Source: Ktedonobacterales bacterium
GTDB taxonomy: Bacteria; Chloroflexota; Ktedonobacteria; Ktedonobacterales; JADMIN01
NCBI GenBank assembly: GCA_025450405.1
Contig: JANWHL010000016.1
Location: forward strand, 1 to 32,000
Direction of reading: 5' to 3'
Length of the DNA: 32,000 bases
Made by a program: the position numbers and the translations under genes. The notes under the pieces were generated by a model. The model was not told the DNA's origin. It ran no database searches and saw only the letters and a program-made list of their open reading frames with translations. This document shows positions 16,136 through 24,164 of this stretch, in pieces (within the stretch, counting starts at the first letter, position 1; the number at the start of each line of letters is the position of its first letter).

Positions 16136-16300
16136 GGTCGCGCTCCGTGACCGGCCAAGCACAAGTCGTCAGAGTGCGTAGCAAGAACCTTGCATGTGCA
16201 TGTAACGCCGTCTGGCCAAGCCAGATCGTCGGCACACACGACTCGACTCTAGCGCATACGAGGCGGTGGGGTGAGGTGGCCGGACGCGCTGGGCGAAGAA

Positions 16301-19300
16301 TTATGAGCCGTCGATGGGGTTGAGCACCGAGGTGGCGAATCCACGCACCTGCCTATCGTCGTCGTTGGCACGATCCAGGAAGACGTCGTCGGAGAGTGCG
16401 GCCCCATGGTCACGCAGCGCGGCAGCGCAATGCAGCGCGGCAAGGCGTACTTCGGGATTCCGATCGGCGCCCAGTGTCCGCACGAGGTCAATGAGATCCG
16501 GGGCGAGTGCCATGCCCGCACGCGCCAACCGTTCGAGTGACGCGCAACTCTCGCGCCTGACCCAGTAATGTGCGTCCCGCATAAGGCCAGCAAGTATCTC
16601 CGCCCGCGCCCCGTCTTCCGTAAAGCCGAGCGCGACAGGAAGCAAACTGGCAAGCGCCCACCGAATGCCTTCGTCCTCGTCCTCCAACAGCAGCAAGAAA
16701 AACGCGCGAATTCTCGCTGGTGTGCCCAACTCCTCGGCGCCCTCACTTACGACCTGTCGGATGTTTGCGTAGCGGTCCGGCTTCCAAGTGGAGTAAATAT
16801 CTGAGTGTTCGTCGGGCCGCTTGAGCACGCGGCTCGAGCGGGCGAGTCTTTCGCGGAGCGTCCAAAGTTGCTCCTCGTCACTCCCAACCGCTACAGGCGG
16901 CGAGGCCGTGTCTAAACTTTCGGTGACTGGGTGACGCGCTGTACCCATCAGGTCGACATTCGCCGAATAGTACGCCGCGAATCGCACGCGCGGGTCATAG
17001 TCATTCGCCAAAGTTGGCATGAGGGCGGCGGCCACCCGTCCAATCTCGGGCGCTCCGAGCGACCGGGCGAGCGCCCAACGGACATGAACGCTCTTGTCGC
17101 GCGCCAGCAGGTCGACGATTTCCGCGCCGCCATCGCCTCCGCGGACGATGTCTGGCACCCAGAAGGCCATGTGCCGACGCACAACCTCCTCAGGATCGCG
17201 CGCGAGACGGCGGAGCAAACCCAAAGCAACGTGCCGCACTTCGGCGTGCCAGGCCGCGGCTACGAGATCGCTTACGACACGCCATCGAACTTCATCAACG
17301 GGGTCACTGGCGAGGACACGTAGCACCTCCATTGCCCGATCGAGATCGAGCAACAATCCGTACTTGGCCTGAGCGACCGCTCGACGCAGACGCCAATCTC
17401 GCGGCGCGCGGCGCCGGCTCCACGCGGTAAAGAGGCCGAAGCACGCGTCATGGGCGGTGCGGCATAGGGTGTCTAGCGCACAGCCCACCGCGCGCCGCAC
17501 CCGCCAGTTAATGTCATCCGCCAGGCTTTCAAGCATGCCAAACGCGCGCGAGGGTTCTTGAAAGAGGTGGCCCGCGGCGAGCGCAGCCACTTCGCGATCC
17601 ATCCAATCGGTGCCGCTCGCGAGCAAGCGCAGCCGTTCTTCCGCGCCGGGAACATGGAGTGTGGCCACGTAACCAAGCGCGTTTGCCGCCGCCCAGCGAA
17701 CCGGAAAATGGTCGTCTCGGCCGAGTCTGGCGAGATATGGCAGACACGCGGCCAGGAGGGTGGGATCAGTCACCTTGAGGATGTAATCGCACACGAAGAT
17801 CCGCCAGTGCGCGTCAAGGTCAATCAAGTACTCCAGGAAATTGCGCGGTACAGTGGTATCGTCCACGAAGAGCAGGAGATACACCAGAATGCCCTGGATC
17901 GCGCGATATTTGGAGGCGATCTGGAGCAAGCTCCGCAAATCACTGGCGACCGCCGCGCTGTCGCGCCATGCCCAATCCCAGGTTTGGCGCAGGTGTCGAG
18001 CGATGGCGTACTCAAGAAAGGCATCGTACGTGAAGCCCACGAGATGCTGGTCATAGAGTCGATCGCGACGGGCATAGAGGATAACCCTCTCACTCAGCAA
18101 ATCGACATATTGATGCTCACCGATGAGGTCTATGACCTCAGCCTGGGTGATCTCCGTGCGGCGCGATTCGAACAGTCTACCGGCCAGACGATACACCGCG
18201 GTCTCGGTGTCATGGGTTTGGCGCGTGTGGAGCTTCTCGCGCCAATAGCGGTCGAAGATCTCCTTCCGATGGATGCCAGGAGGGATCGCGCCGTACTGGA
18301 AAGCCTCACAGAGGAATCGCAGCATGAGTGGATGGCGGCAGATCTCTTGAAGTGAGGGCCCCAGGCCCCCAGCAAATCCGTAAAACGCGGCATATTTGGC
18401 CCATGCGGTCGCGAGCTCCGCATCCGTGAAGGGTTCGACAAACATGCCCTTGGCCGTGCGCCCACCAGTCTGGCGGGGTTCATAGATGTGGCGCGTAAGC
18501 GCGGCATCGTCCTCGAATAATGGCCAGTCGACGTCGCGGCAGGTGAGGCACAATTTCATGCGCGTGCCGGTCATGTCCGTGAGGGCGTAACTCAAGCTCT
18601 GGCGCAGGTCGCTAATATGAGCGTTCTCATTGACCCCATCGACCATGATGAGCATGTCGGTGGCACCGGACCGCAGGGCGTGGTCGAGGACGGATGGGAG
18701 CGTGGCGGGATCCACGCCGTGTCCATAGCCAATGGCCAATTCCTCGGCGAGCACGCGCCACAAGCCTAGTGGTCCTGCCATGTGGGTGGTTCCGCGGATG
18801 AGGACTGTGGGAATGCGCGCGCTCCATCGGGCGGCAAGGTCGCAGAGGAGGTTGGTCTTGCCCATACCAGCTTCGCCAAGGATGGCTAAGCACGGCTGTT
18901 CACCATTGAGAAAGGGACGCATCTCCCTTTCCAGTCCATCGCGGCGGACGTAAAGATCGGCCGCGTACTTGGGCAGGGATGCGATTGCCCGCTTTACTGA
19001 GCGATCGCATGCGTCGCGCAATTCGTCGAGGTTTCGCGGCCCCTCGCGCGAGGCGGTGGGCGCTGTGCGAGCAAGCTCCGCGCCGATACTCGAAACGGCC
19101 GATAGCGGGACTCCCTCGCCGGACCAACCCCAATCACCGTCGCTCACGACATCCGCGTCTGGTGGCGAGGTGGCGCTGTCGGCCAAGCGCAAGCCGCGGC
19201 CGGCCGCGAGGAAGTCCTGGCGCTCACGCTCGGTCAGTCCCAGAGCCGTGGCTAGCCGAGAAAGCGTAGGCGCGTGATGGCGGCGAAGCAAGTCACGTTC

Positions 19301-19423
19301 GGCTTTGCCGATCGAGTCGATGCTCACGCCAGAAGCGTCGGCCAACTCGCTCTGGGTATAACCGAGGCGGACTCGGTAGCGTCGCAGCAGGTTACCGAAT
19401 GTCAGCGAGCTTACGGAGTCCAC
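16301..19423 (-). CDS. XRE-type HTH / NACHT-like P-loop STAND NTPase / HEAT-repeat protein (1040 aa)
   Basis: GTG at 19421-19423, preceded by GAGGTG. The HTH is LTFGNLLRRYRVRLGYTQSELADASGVSIDSIGKAERD. Walker A is AILGEAGMGKTNLL and Walker B is MLIMVDGVNE, with a NACHT-like HPLMLRFLCEAF segment. The C-terminal third has at least 9 HEAT-like repeats (for example PVRWAAANALG, NWRVRRAVGCAL, VHVRWALARSLG, NPEVRLAALHCA). Confidence 0.85.
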   Translation of the reverse strand: MDSVSSLTFGNLLRRYRVRLGYTQSELADASGVSIDSIGKAERDLLRRHHAPTLSRLATALGLTERERQDFLAAGRGLRLADSATSPPDADVVSDGDWGWSGEGVPLSAVSSIGAELARTAPTASREGPRNLDELRDACDRSVKRAIASLPKYAADLYVRRDGLEREMRPFLNGEQPCLAILGEAGMGKTNLLCDLAARWSARIPTVLIRGTTHMAGPLGLWRVLAEELAIGYGHGVDPATLPSVLDHALRSGATDMLIMVDGVNENAHISDLRQSLSYALTDMTGTRMKLCLTCRDVDWPLFEDDAALTRHIYEPRQTGGRTAKGMFVEPFTDAELATAWAKYAAFYGFAGGLGPSLQEICRHPLMLRFLCEAFQYGAIPPGIHRKEIFDRYWREKLHTRQTHDTETAVYRLAGRLFESRRTEITQAEVIDLIGEHQYVDLLSERVILYARRDRLYDQHLVGFTYDAFLEYAIARHLRQTWDWAWRDSAAVASDLRSLLQIASKYRAIQGILVYLLLFVDDTTVPRNFLEYLIDLDAHWRIFVCDYILKVTDPTLLAACLPYLARLGRDDHFPVRWAAANALGYVATLHVPGAEERLRLLASGTDWMDREVAALAAGHLFQEPSRAFGMLESLADDINWRVRRAVGCALDTLCRTAHDACFGLFTAWSRRRAPRDWRLRRAVAQAKYGLLLDLDRAMEVLRVLASDPVDEVRWRVVSDLVAAAWHAEVRHVALGLLRRLARDPEEVVRRHMAFWVPDIVRGGDGGAEIVDLLARDKSVHVRWALARSLGAPEIGRVAAALMPTLANDYDPRVRFAAYYSANVDLMGTARHPVTESLDTASPPVAVGSDEEQLWTLRERLARSSRVLKRPDEHSDIYSTWKPDRYANIRQVVSEGAEELGTPARIRAFFLLLLEDEDEGIRWALASLLPVALGFTEDGARAEILAGLMRDAHYWVRRESCASLERLARAGMALAPDLIDLVRTLGADRNPEVRLAALHCAAALRDHGAALSDDVFLDRANDDDRQVRGFATSVLNPIDGS

Positions 19424-19504
19424 TAGCGCGCACCTCTATGCGGAAATGGTCGAGTGAAGTGCCTTCAATTGGGAGTGCGGATGGATATCGTGGCGCTATC
19501 GTAG

Positions 19505-19537
19505 CACATTGGCACATTGGGAACAACCGGATTGTTC
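19505..19537. promoter_or_regulatory. tandem CACATTGG x2 followed by the palindrome GAACAA-N5-TTGTTC, upstream of the HTH-NACHT gene
   Basis: CACATTGG occurs at 19505-19512 and 19513-19520. GAACAACCGGATTGTTC is at 19521-19537, and a related CAATTGGGA lies near 19466. All sit 80-115 nt upstream of the GTG start at 19423, in a 484-nt divergent intergenic region. Confidence 0.3.
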
Positions 19538-19907
19538 AGGCCTTCGAGCTATCCGGCGCCAAGAATCCGTAAAAACTTCCGGATCATCTTCTGGTTTGCC
19601 CTTTTGCCTATGTCTCCCTCCGGTTATGCTCGTACCGGAGCGACGACGCGGCATGCATCCGCGTGTTGAGATGGCGCCGGAAAGCTCCGGGTGGCGCCGT
19701 GAAGCGTGCATCCAGTATGTGGTGCTTGCGCACCGGAAAGGCGGTGTACATGGTCTCAGGGTAACCGGGTTCCTGACAGAAAGCGGCCCGGAAGCCGTCT
19801 ATTCGCCGTAGGCGGCCGCCGGGTCTCGCGAGGTACGCACCCGTCCACACACGAGTTTTCAACACGCTCCACTCAAGAGCCATGCACGCACATGGAGGGC
19901 TATTCCT

Positions 19908-20147
19908 ATGCCTAAGCATACTCGAGTGCCGCTCGGCCCGCAAGCGCCAGACACTGGTGCCAGTCACATCTCGACGGCGCGCCGCCACGTTTTGTCCGCC
20001 GTTCTCGCCATATCCACCATGGCGACGCTCGCGTTTACACCAGTCGTGGCGCCGTTAGCGGCGCACGCGTTCATTTCGGCTCATCACCCCGTCGCGGCGG
20101 TTCCGCCCCGCGGATGGGGATGTGGCAGCATTCCCCTTCCGTGCTAA
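19908..20147 (+). CDS. small exported peptide precursor (79 aa), hypothetical
   Basis: ATG at 19908 has GGAGGG 8 nt upstream. The N-region contains TARRHVL (Tat-like RR). A hydrophobic core, SAVLAISTMATLAFTPVVAPLAA, and an AHA|F cleavage-type site follow. The predicted 25-aa mature peptide FISAHHPVAAVPPRGWGCGSIPLPC has two Cys. A very strong hairpin follows the ORF. It is short and no homology could be assessed. Confidence 0.4.
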   Translation: MPKHTRVPLGPQAPDTGASHISTARRHVLSAVLAISTMATLAFTPVVAPLAAHAFISAHHPVAAVPPRGWGCGSIPLPC

Positions 20148-20196
20148 CGCGTTGTCAACCACGCAATAGGCGTGAGTGCCGTGTTACTCACGTAGC

Positions 20197-20232
20197 GAGC
20201 GTCCGGATCCCGCAGGCGGGATCCGGACGCTC
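20197..20232 (+). terminator. perfect 17-nt inverted repeat (hairpin) downstream of the small ORF
   Basis: The sequence is GAGCGTCCGGATCCCGC-AG-GCGGGATCCGGACGCTC, with perfectly complementary arms at 20197-20213 and 20216-20232. There is no U-tract. A second 6-bp hairpin, GTGAGT...ACTCAC, lies at about 20172-20191. Confidence 0.5.
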
Positions 20233-20387
20233 CGCACGTACTGAGTCAGCATGGGAAGCGCGGCTACGCCGTGTGATACAGTACTCTCCACGTCAGCCGC
20301 GCGATCCGGGCTGCCCTGGGTTTAGCCGACGCATACGTGGTTCAGCGAACCGGCGATGGCACCACCAACGCAGACAGGAGCCCGACA

Positions 20388-21632
20388 ATGGATGACGGAG
20401 ACGGGAGCAACGAGCGCGCTTTGTCGCCTGGTGGAGACGAGTCTGATTCGGAGGACACGTGGCACTTACCCGACGACCTTAGCTGGCACCACGAGCAGGG
20501 CTATTCCGAATCCGTCGCCGTGGCGCTTGGTTGTGCGCATCGGCGCTTGCGCGGCAAGGGTGACGTCGTGGCATATAGACGGGCGCTCGCTTGCGTTCAG
20601 CCAGTCATGGGTGGCGGCATGTCAGAGCGACAGCGGCTCCATGTCCTCTTCATTGTGGCGCTCGCTCATGCGTCGACATATCCGCAAGACGCGGCGCTGG
20701 ATCCAATTGATGCAGCGATCGAGTTGGCGATCAATCTGGACGAGCGGCGAGCTCTCGAGGACTTGCTCTACCTCCGAGGCTCGATCAATCGGGCTCTGCT
20801 CGCGGCGCCCGACGCTGTCGACGACCTGGAAGACTGCCTGGATCTTCTGGATGTCCACTCATTGGCGCGCGCGCCGACGCCCGCGCAGGTGAAATTCAGG
20901 CTGGACGCGACGCTACACCTGGCCGGTACGAAGTTTCTCCTCGGCGACCACGAAATGGCCGCCCGGCTACTCGACCAGGCCGAAAACCTGGTCACGCGGG
21001 CGCCGGACAGTGTGACCCAGAAGGCGATCCTATCATGGACCAGAGCTTTGCTTCTTCGGTGGCGCGGCGAGTTGGAAGTGGCACTGACCACGGCCATGAT
21101 TGCGGCCGAGACACTGCGCGTTCACGGGCATCCCGGCAATGCCAGCCGTGCGCAGACGTTGGTGGCGGACATCGCGCTAGACCTCACCGAGCGCCTCAAT
21201 CATGTCGAGTGCCCGGACGCGGCACGCGAATTTCTCACGCTCGGTGAGGCGTATGTACAACGCGCGCTGGATCTGGCACAGCAGGGAGACGTAGCATCGA
21301 GCGAAGCGATGGCACGTGTCACTCAGGCTCGCTGGGAACGACTGAGCCATGGGGTGAGTCACGAAGGTCTCCTGCATGAGCTCTCCGCGATTGGGCACTC
21401 GCACCGCGACGTCGCGCTCGAGGCATTGGCGTTTGCCGAACTGGGAGCCGACTTCGAAGCGCGCGGCGATCTGGAATCCGCGATCCATTGGTACAAACGG
21501 GCACTCGCGATCCTGAACGAGTCCAAGATGACCGCACTCGGCGTTTGGGCGCGCCGCGCGCTCTGGCGCCTGAGCGGAGAGATGTCGTCCGCCCAAGACA
21601 CGGCGGGTTCGGGACCACGGTCGGCAAGATAG
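20388..21632 (+). CDS. hypothetical all-helical TPR-like protein with acidic N-terminus
   Basis: ATG at 20388, preceded by AGGAG at 8-nt spacing. The ORF is long and uninterrupted, with Leu/Ala/Glu/Arg-rich helical-repeat character (for example GDLESAIHWYKRALAILNE). No catalytic motif is recognised. Confidence 0.6.
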   Translation: MDDGDGSNERALSPGGDESDSEDTWHLPDDLSWHHEQGYSESVAVALGCAHRRLRGKGDVVAYRRALACVQPVMGGGMSERQRLHVLFIVALAHASTYPQDAALDPIDAAIELAINLDERRALEDLLYLRGSINRALLAAPDAVDDLEDCLDLLDVHSLARAPTPAQVKFRLDATLHLAGTKFLLGDHEMAARLLDQAENLVTRAPDSVTQKAILSWTRALLLRWRGELEVALTTAMIAAETLRVHGHPGNASRAQTLVADIALDLTERLNHVECPDAAREFLTLGEAYVQRALDLAQQGDVASSEAMARVTQARWERLSHGVSHEGLLHELSAIGHSHRDVALEALAFAELGADFEARGDLESAIHWYKRALAILNESKMTALGVWARRALWRLSGEMSSAQDTAGSGPRSAR

Positions 21633-21867
21633 ACCAGCGTTTGCGCGTCAGGCTCCGGACTGTCCCACGTCACGTTGCCGGATCGGCACCCATCAGCAAT
21701 ACTGAGCGGGCAGTGGCCGCGAATGGGTAGTGTATACTGCCGAGGTACAGAGTTACGCCAGTGCGCACGATCAAGGAATACAAGTTCGCGCGCGCGGACT
21801 TCCGACGGCCGCCCGCGTCGCGTGGGGTGTCACCTGCGTACCTCGCGCGGATCATGGAGGATTGAGG

Positions 21868-23532
21868 TTGAAGAGGAGCGCCGTCCTGGCCGCGACGATT
21901 GGCACGCCGGTGGTGCTGCTCGGGGCTCTGGCCGCCATCGTGACCATGACCGCACGCGTCCTCCCCAGGTCTACGGTCTCCGAGCTGGCCACGCCCGCCG
22001 CGGTCAACGCGATGCCGCACGTGATCCCGAGTCTGCGCGAGTGGCATGGCGGCCACGGTGCCTTCATGCTCGGAGCCGCCGCGCGCATTGTCGTCGCCCC
22101 CACCTACGCCACGGCGCTGTCGGGTGCCGCTCGCGCCTTCCACGCTGATCTCGTGGCCGTTACCGGGCACGATCTGCCGGTGACGGCGGCGACCGCGCCG
22201 CGCGCGGGCGACTTTTTCCTGACGCTGGGGGGCGACGACAAGGGCCTGGGGGCCGAGGGCTATCGTCTGACGGTGGGCGACAGTGTGATCATCCAGGCCA
22301 ACGCCAGCAACGGAGCCCTCTATGGCACGCGCACGGTGCTGCAGATCCTCGCGGGCGACACGACGCATGCCTATCTGCCGCGCGGGACGGCCCGTGATTA
22401 CCCGGCCTACGCGGTGCGCGGGTTCATGCTCGATGTCGGGCGGAAGTACTTCCCACTCGCCTTCTTGGAGGATTACGTCCGCTTCATGGCGTGGTACAAG
22501 TTGAACGACTTCCAGCTCCACTTCAACGACAACGCGGTGGACGCGGGGACGAAGACTGATTGGATGCATGAGTACGCGGCCTTCCGGCTGAACAGCCCGC
22601 GTTTCCCCGGCCTCGCCGCGCGCGACGGCTCCTACACGGAAGCGGACATGCGGGCGCTGCAGGACCTCGCGCGCGAGTACGCCGTGACGATCACGCCCGA
22701 GATCGACGCCCCGGCGCATGACCTCGCGTTCACGCAATATAATCCGTCGCTCGCGATCTCAGGCACGCCTGGCACGTCGGCCAAGGACGTGAATAAAGAG
22801 TGCCTGGACCTTGGGAATCCGGCGACATACACGTTCCTGAACTCGATTTGGGACACGTTCCTGCCGTGGTTCGACGCGCACGAGATCCAGATCGGCGCCG
22901 ACGAGTATTTCACGCACAGCACCACGCAGCCGGACCCGCGCGATGCCAAGGTGTACCGCCTGTTCGTCAACCAATACGTCGGCTATCTTTCGGCGCGCGG
23001 CAAGGGCGTGCGGATGTGGGGCAGTCTCGACAAGATGGCGAGCGGCGTGGTGGTGGACCACCGAGCGACCATGGATATCTGGGATAATGGCTGGGCGAAC
23101 CCGGTGACGACGGCGCGTGCGGGCTATGATGTCATCAACGCCAGCGGCCATCTGCTCTATATCGTGCCGAACTATCCGGCATCGCAGCGCTTCTATCCCG
23201 ATGCCCTGGACACCGCGTATCTCTACACGCATTGGGAGCCGCCGATCTTCGACGCGTCGACGACGGCGTACAACCTGGCCGTCGGAGACCCGCACTTGCT
23301 GGGCGGCATGTTCGCCGAGTGGAACGACATGAACGACATTACGGGCTACACGATCACGGACGCCGACGTCCATGCGCGCGTGAAGCCAGCTATGCCGGTA
23401 ATCGGCCAGAAGCTGTGGTCTGGCGCGCCGGCCAGCCTGAGCTATACCGCGTTCATGGCGCTCGCCGGACAACTTGGCGACGGGCCGGAGACGCATTTGC
23501 CGATGGTCGCGCCGATTACCTCTAGCCCGTAG
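21868..23532 (+). CDS. glycoside hydrolase family 20 beta-N-acetylhexosaminidase, secreted/membrane-anchored
   Basis: Lies in ORF 21730..23532(+). I prefer the TTG at 21868 (GGAGGA 6 nt upstream), which gives the signal anchor KRSAVLAATIGTPVVLLGALAAIV. GH20 features are YAVRGFMLDVGRKYF, NDFQLHFNDN, TITPEIDAPAH and the catalytic IQIGADEYF (D-E pair). Confidence 0.85.
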   Translation: MKRSAVLAATIGTPVVLLGALAAIVTMTARVLPRSTVSELATPAAVNAMPHVIPSLREWHGGHGAFMLGAAARIVVAPTYATALSGAARAFHADLVAVTGHDLPVTAATAPRAGDFFLTLGGDDKGLGAEGYRLTVGDSVIIQANASNGALYGTRTVLQILAGDTTHAYLPRGTARDYPAYAVRGFMLDVGRKYFPLAFLEDYVRFMAWYKLNDFQLHFNDNAVDAGTKTDWMHEYAAFRLNSPRFPGLAARDGSYTEADMRALQDLAREYAVTITPEIDAPAHDLAFTQYNPSLAISGTPGTSAKDVNKECLDLGNPATYTFLNSIWDTFLPWFDAHEIQIGADEYFTHSTTQPDPRDAKVYRLFVNQYVGYLSARGKGVRMWGSLDKMASGVVVDHRATMDIWDNGWANPVTTARAGYDVINASGHLLYIVPNYPASQRFYPDALDTAYLYTHWEPPIFDASTTAYNLAVGDPHLLGGMFAEWNDMNDITGYTITDADVHARVKPAMPVIGQKLWSGAPASLSYTAFMALAGQLGDGPETHLPMVAPITSSP

Positions 23533-23703
23533 GTCCCGTTGAGCGCGGTCGCGCGGGGACGTCCGAACAGGGAGCCGGCGCCCTTTCCATTTGGAGGCGC
23601 GCGTGGTATGCTGTGAGGTGCGGGGTGACTTCCGGGCGCCGTCAGACGCCGAGCCTGAGTCCTCTCGCGGGGGCAGGGCGCCCCAGGGCGCACCGGGCAT
23701 CGC

Positions 23704-23787
23704 GGGCGGTTGCTGAAATCGGCAGACAGGCCGGACTTAGGATCCGGTGGGGTAACACCCGTGAGAGTTCGAGTCTCTCACCGCCCA
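23704..23787 (+). tRNA. tRNA-Leu (anticodon UAG), type II with long variable arm
   Basis: Manual fold. The acceptor stem is GGGCGGT/ACCGCCC. The D-arm is 3 bp (CTG/CAG) with a GG-containing 11-nt loop. The anticodon stem is CCGGA/TCCGG with loop CTTAGGA (anticodon TAG). The variable arm is 15 nt (TGGGGTAACACCCGT). The T-arm is GAGAG-TTCGAGT-CTCTC and the discriminator is A. The 3' CCA is not fully encoded (ACCT). Confidence 0.85.
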
Positions 23788-24072
23788 CCTTCCCAGTGGC
23801 CGCCATGGCTCGTGCCGTGGCGGCCCTTGTTGTCGCCGGGGCGCCGATTGCCGGCATCGTGGTTGTCAGCGCCGTCACCGTCGCGCTGGGTGCCCCAGAG
23901 GCCGCTCCGCACGTCAGTCAGCGCGCAATCGACCGGGGCACACGCCACTGGTCGGGCACCTGGCGCGGAGACCTCGCGGCGGAAGGCCGCTGGAGTGTTG
24001 GGGAGGGAGATCACCATGCGATCGGCACGGCCGGGTGCCAGTCCCGCCCATCCACGGGCGCGAAATCGCGGG

Positions 24073-24081
24073 TGCTATAAT
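24073..24081 (+). promoter_or_regulatory. possible extended -10 promoter element (TGCTATAAT) for tig
   Basis: A perfect TATAAT preceded by TGc lies at 24073-24081, about 85 nt upstream of the tig GTG start. No clear -35 element is present. Confidence 0.3.
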
Positions 24082-24164
24082 TCCGTGGGCGGTCTACCCC
24101 CGTCCCGTCACAGCGTCGCGGGCCGGCCATGGCACGCTTGGCCACTCGCCTCGTGGAGGACCGC

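Noticed and set aside
23804-24080. A 92-codon ORF starting MARAVAALVVAGAPIAGIVVVSAVTVALG... between tRNA-Leu and tig. It would be a possible small membrane protein.
   Set aside because: It has no Shine-Dalgarno sequence. It begins only about 15 nt after the tRNA. After the hydrophobic start its composition looks like random high-GC translation (Arg/Gly/Trp-rich). It would also overlap the putative tig promoter.
23533-24164. A tRNA-Leu as an integration hotspot, suggesting a genomic island or prophage next to it.
   Set aside because: No integrase, excisionase, phage genes or direct repeat of the tRNA 3' end are visible on either side. The downstream genes are the housekeeping tig-clpX-lon.
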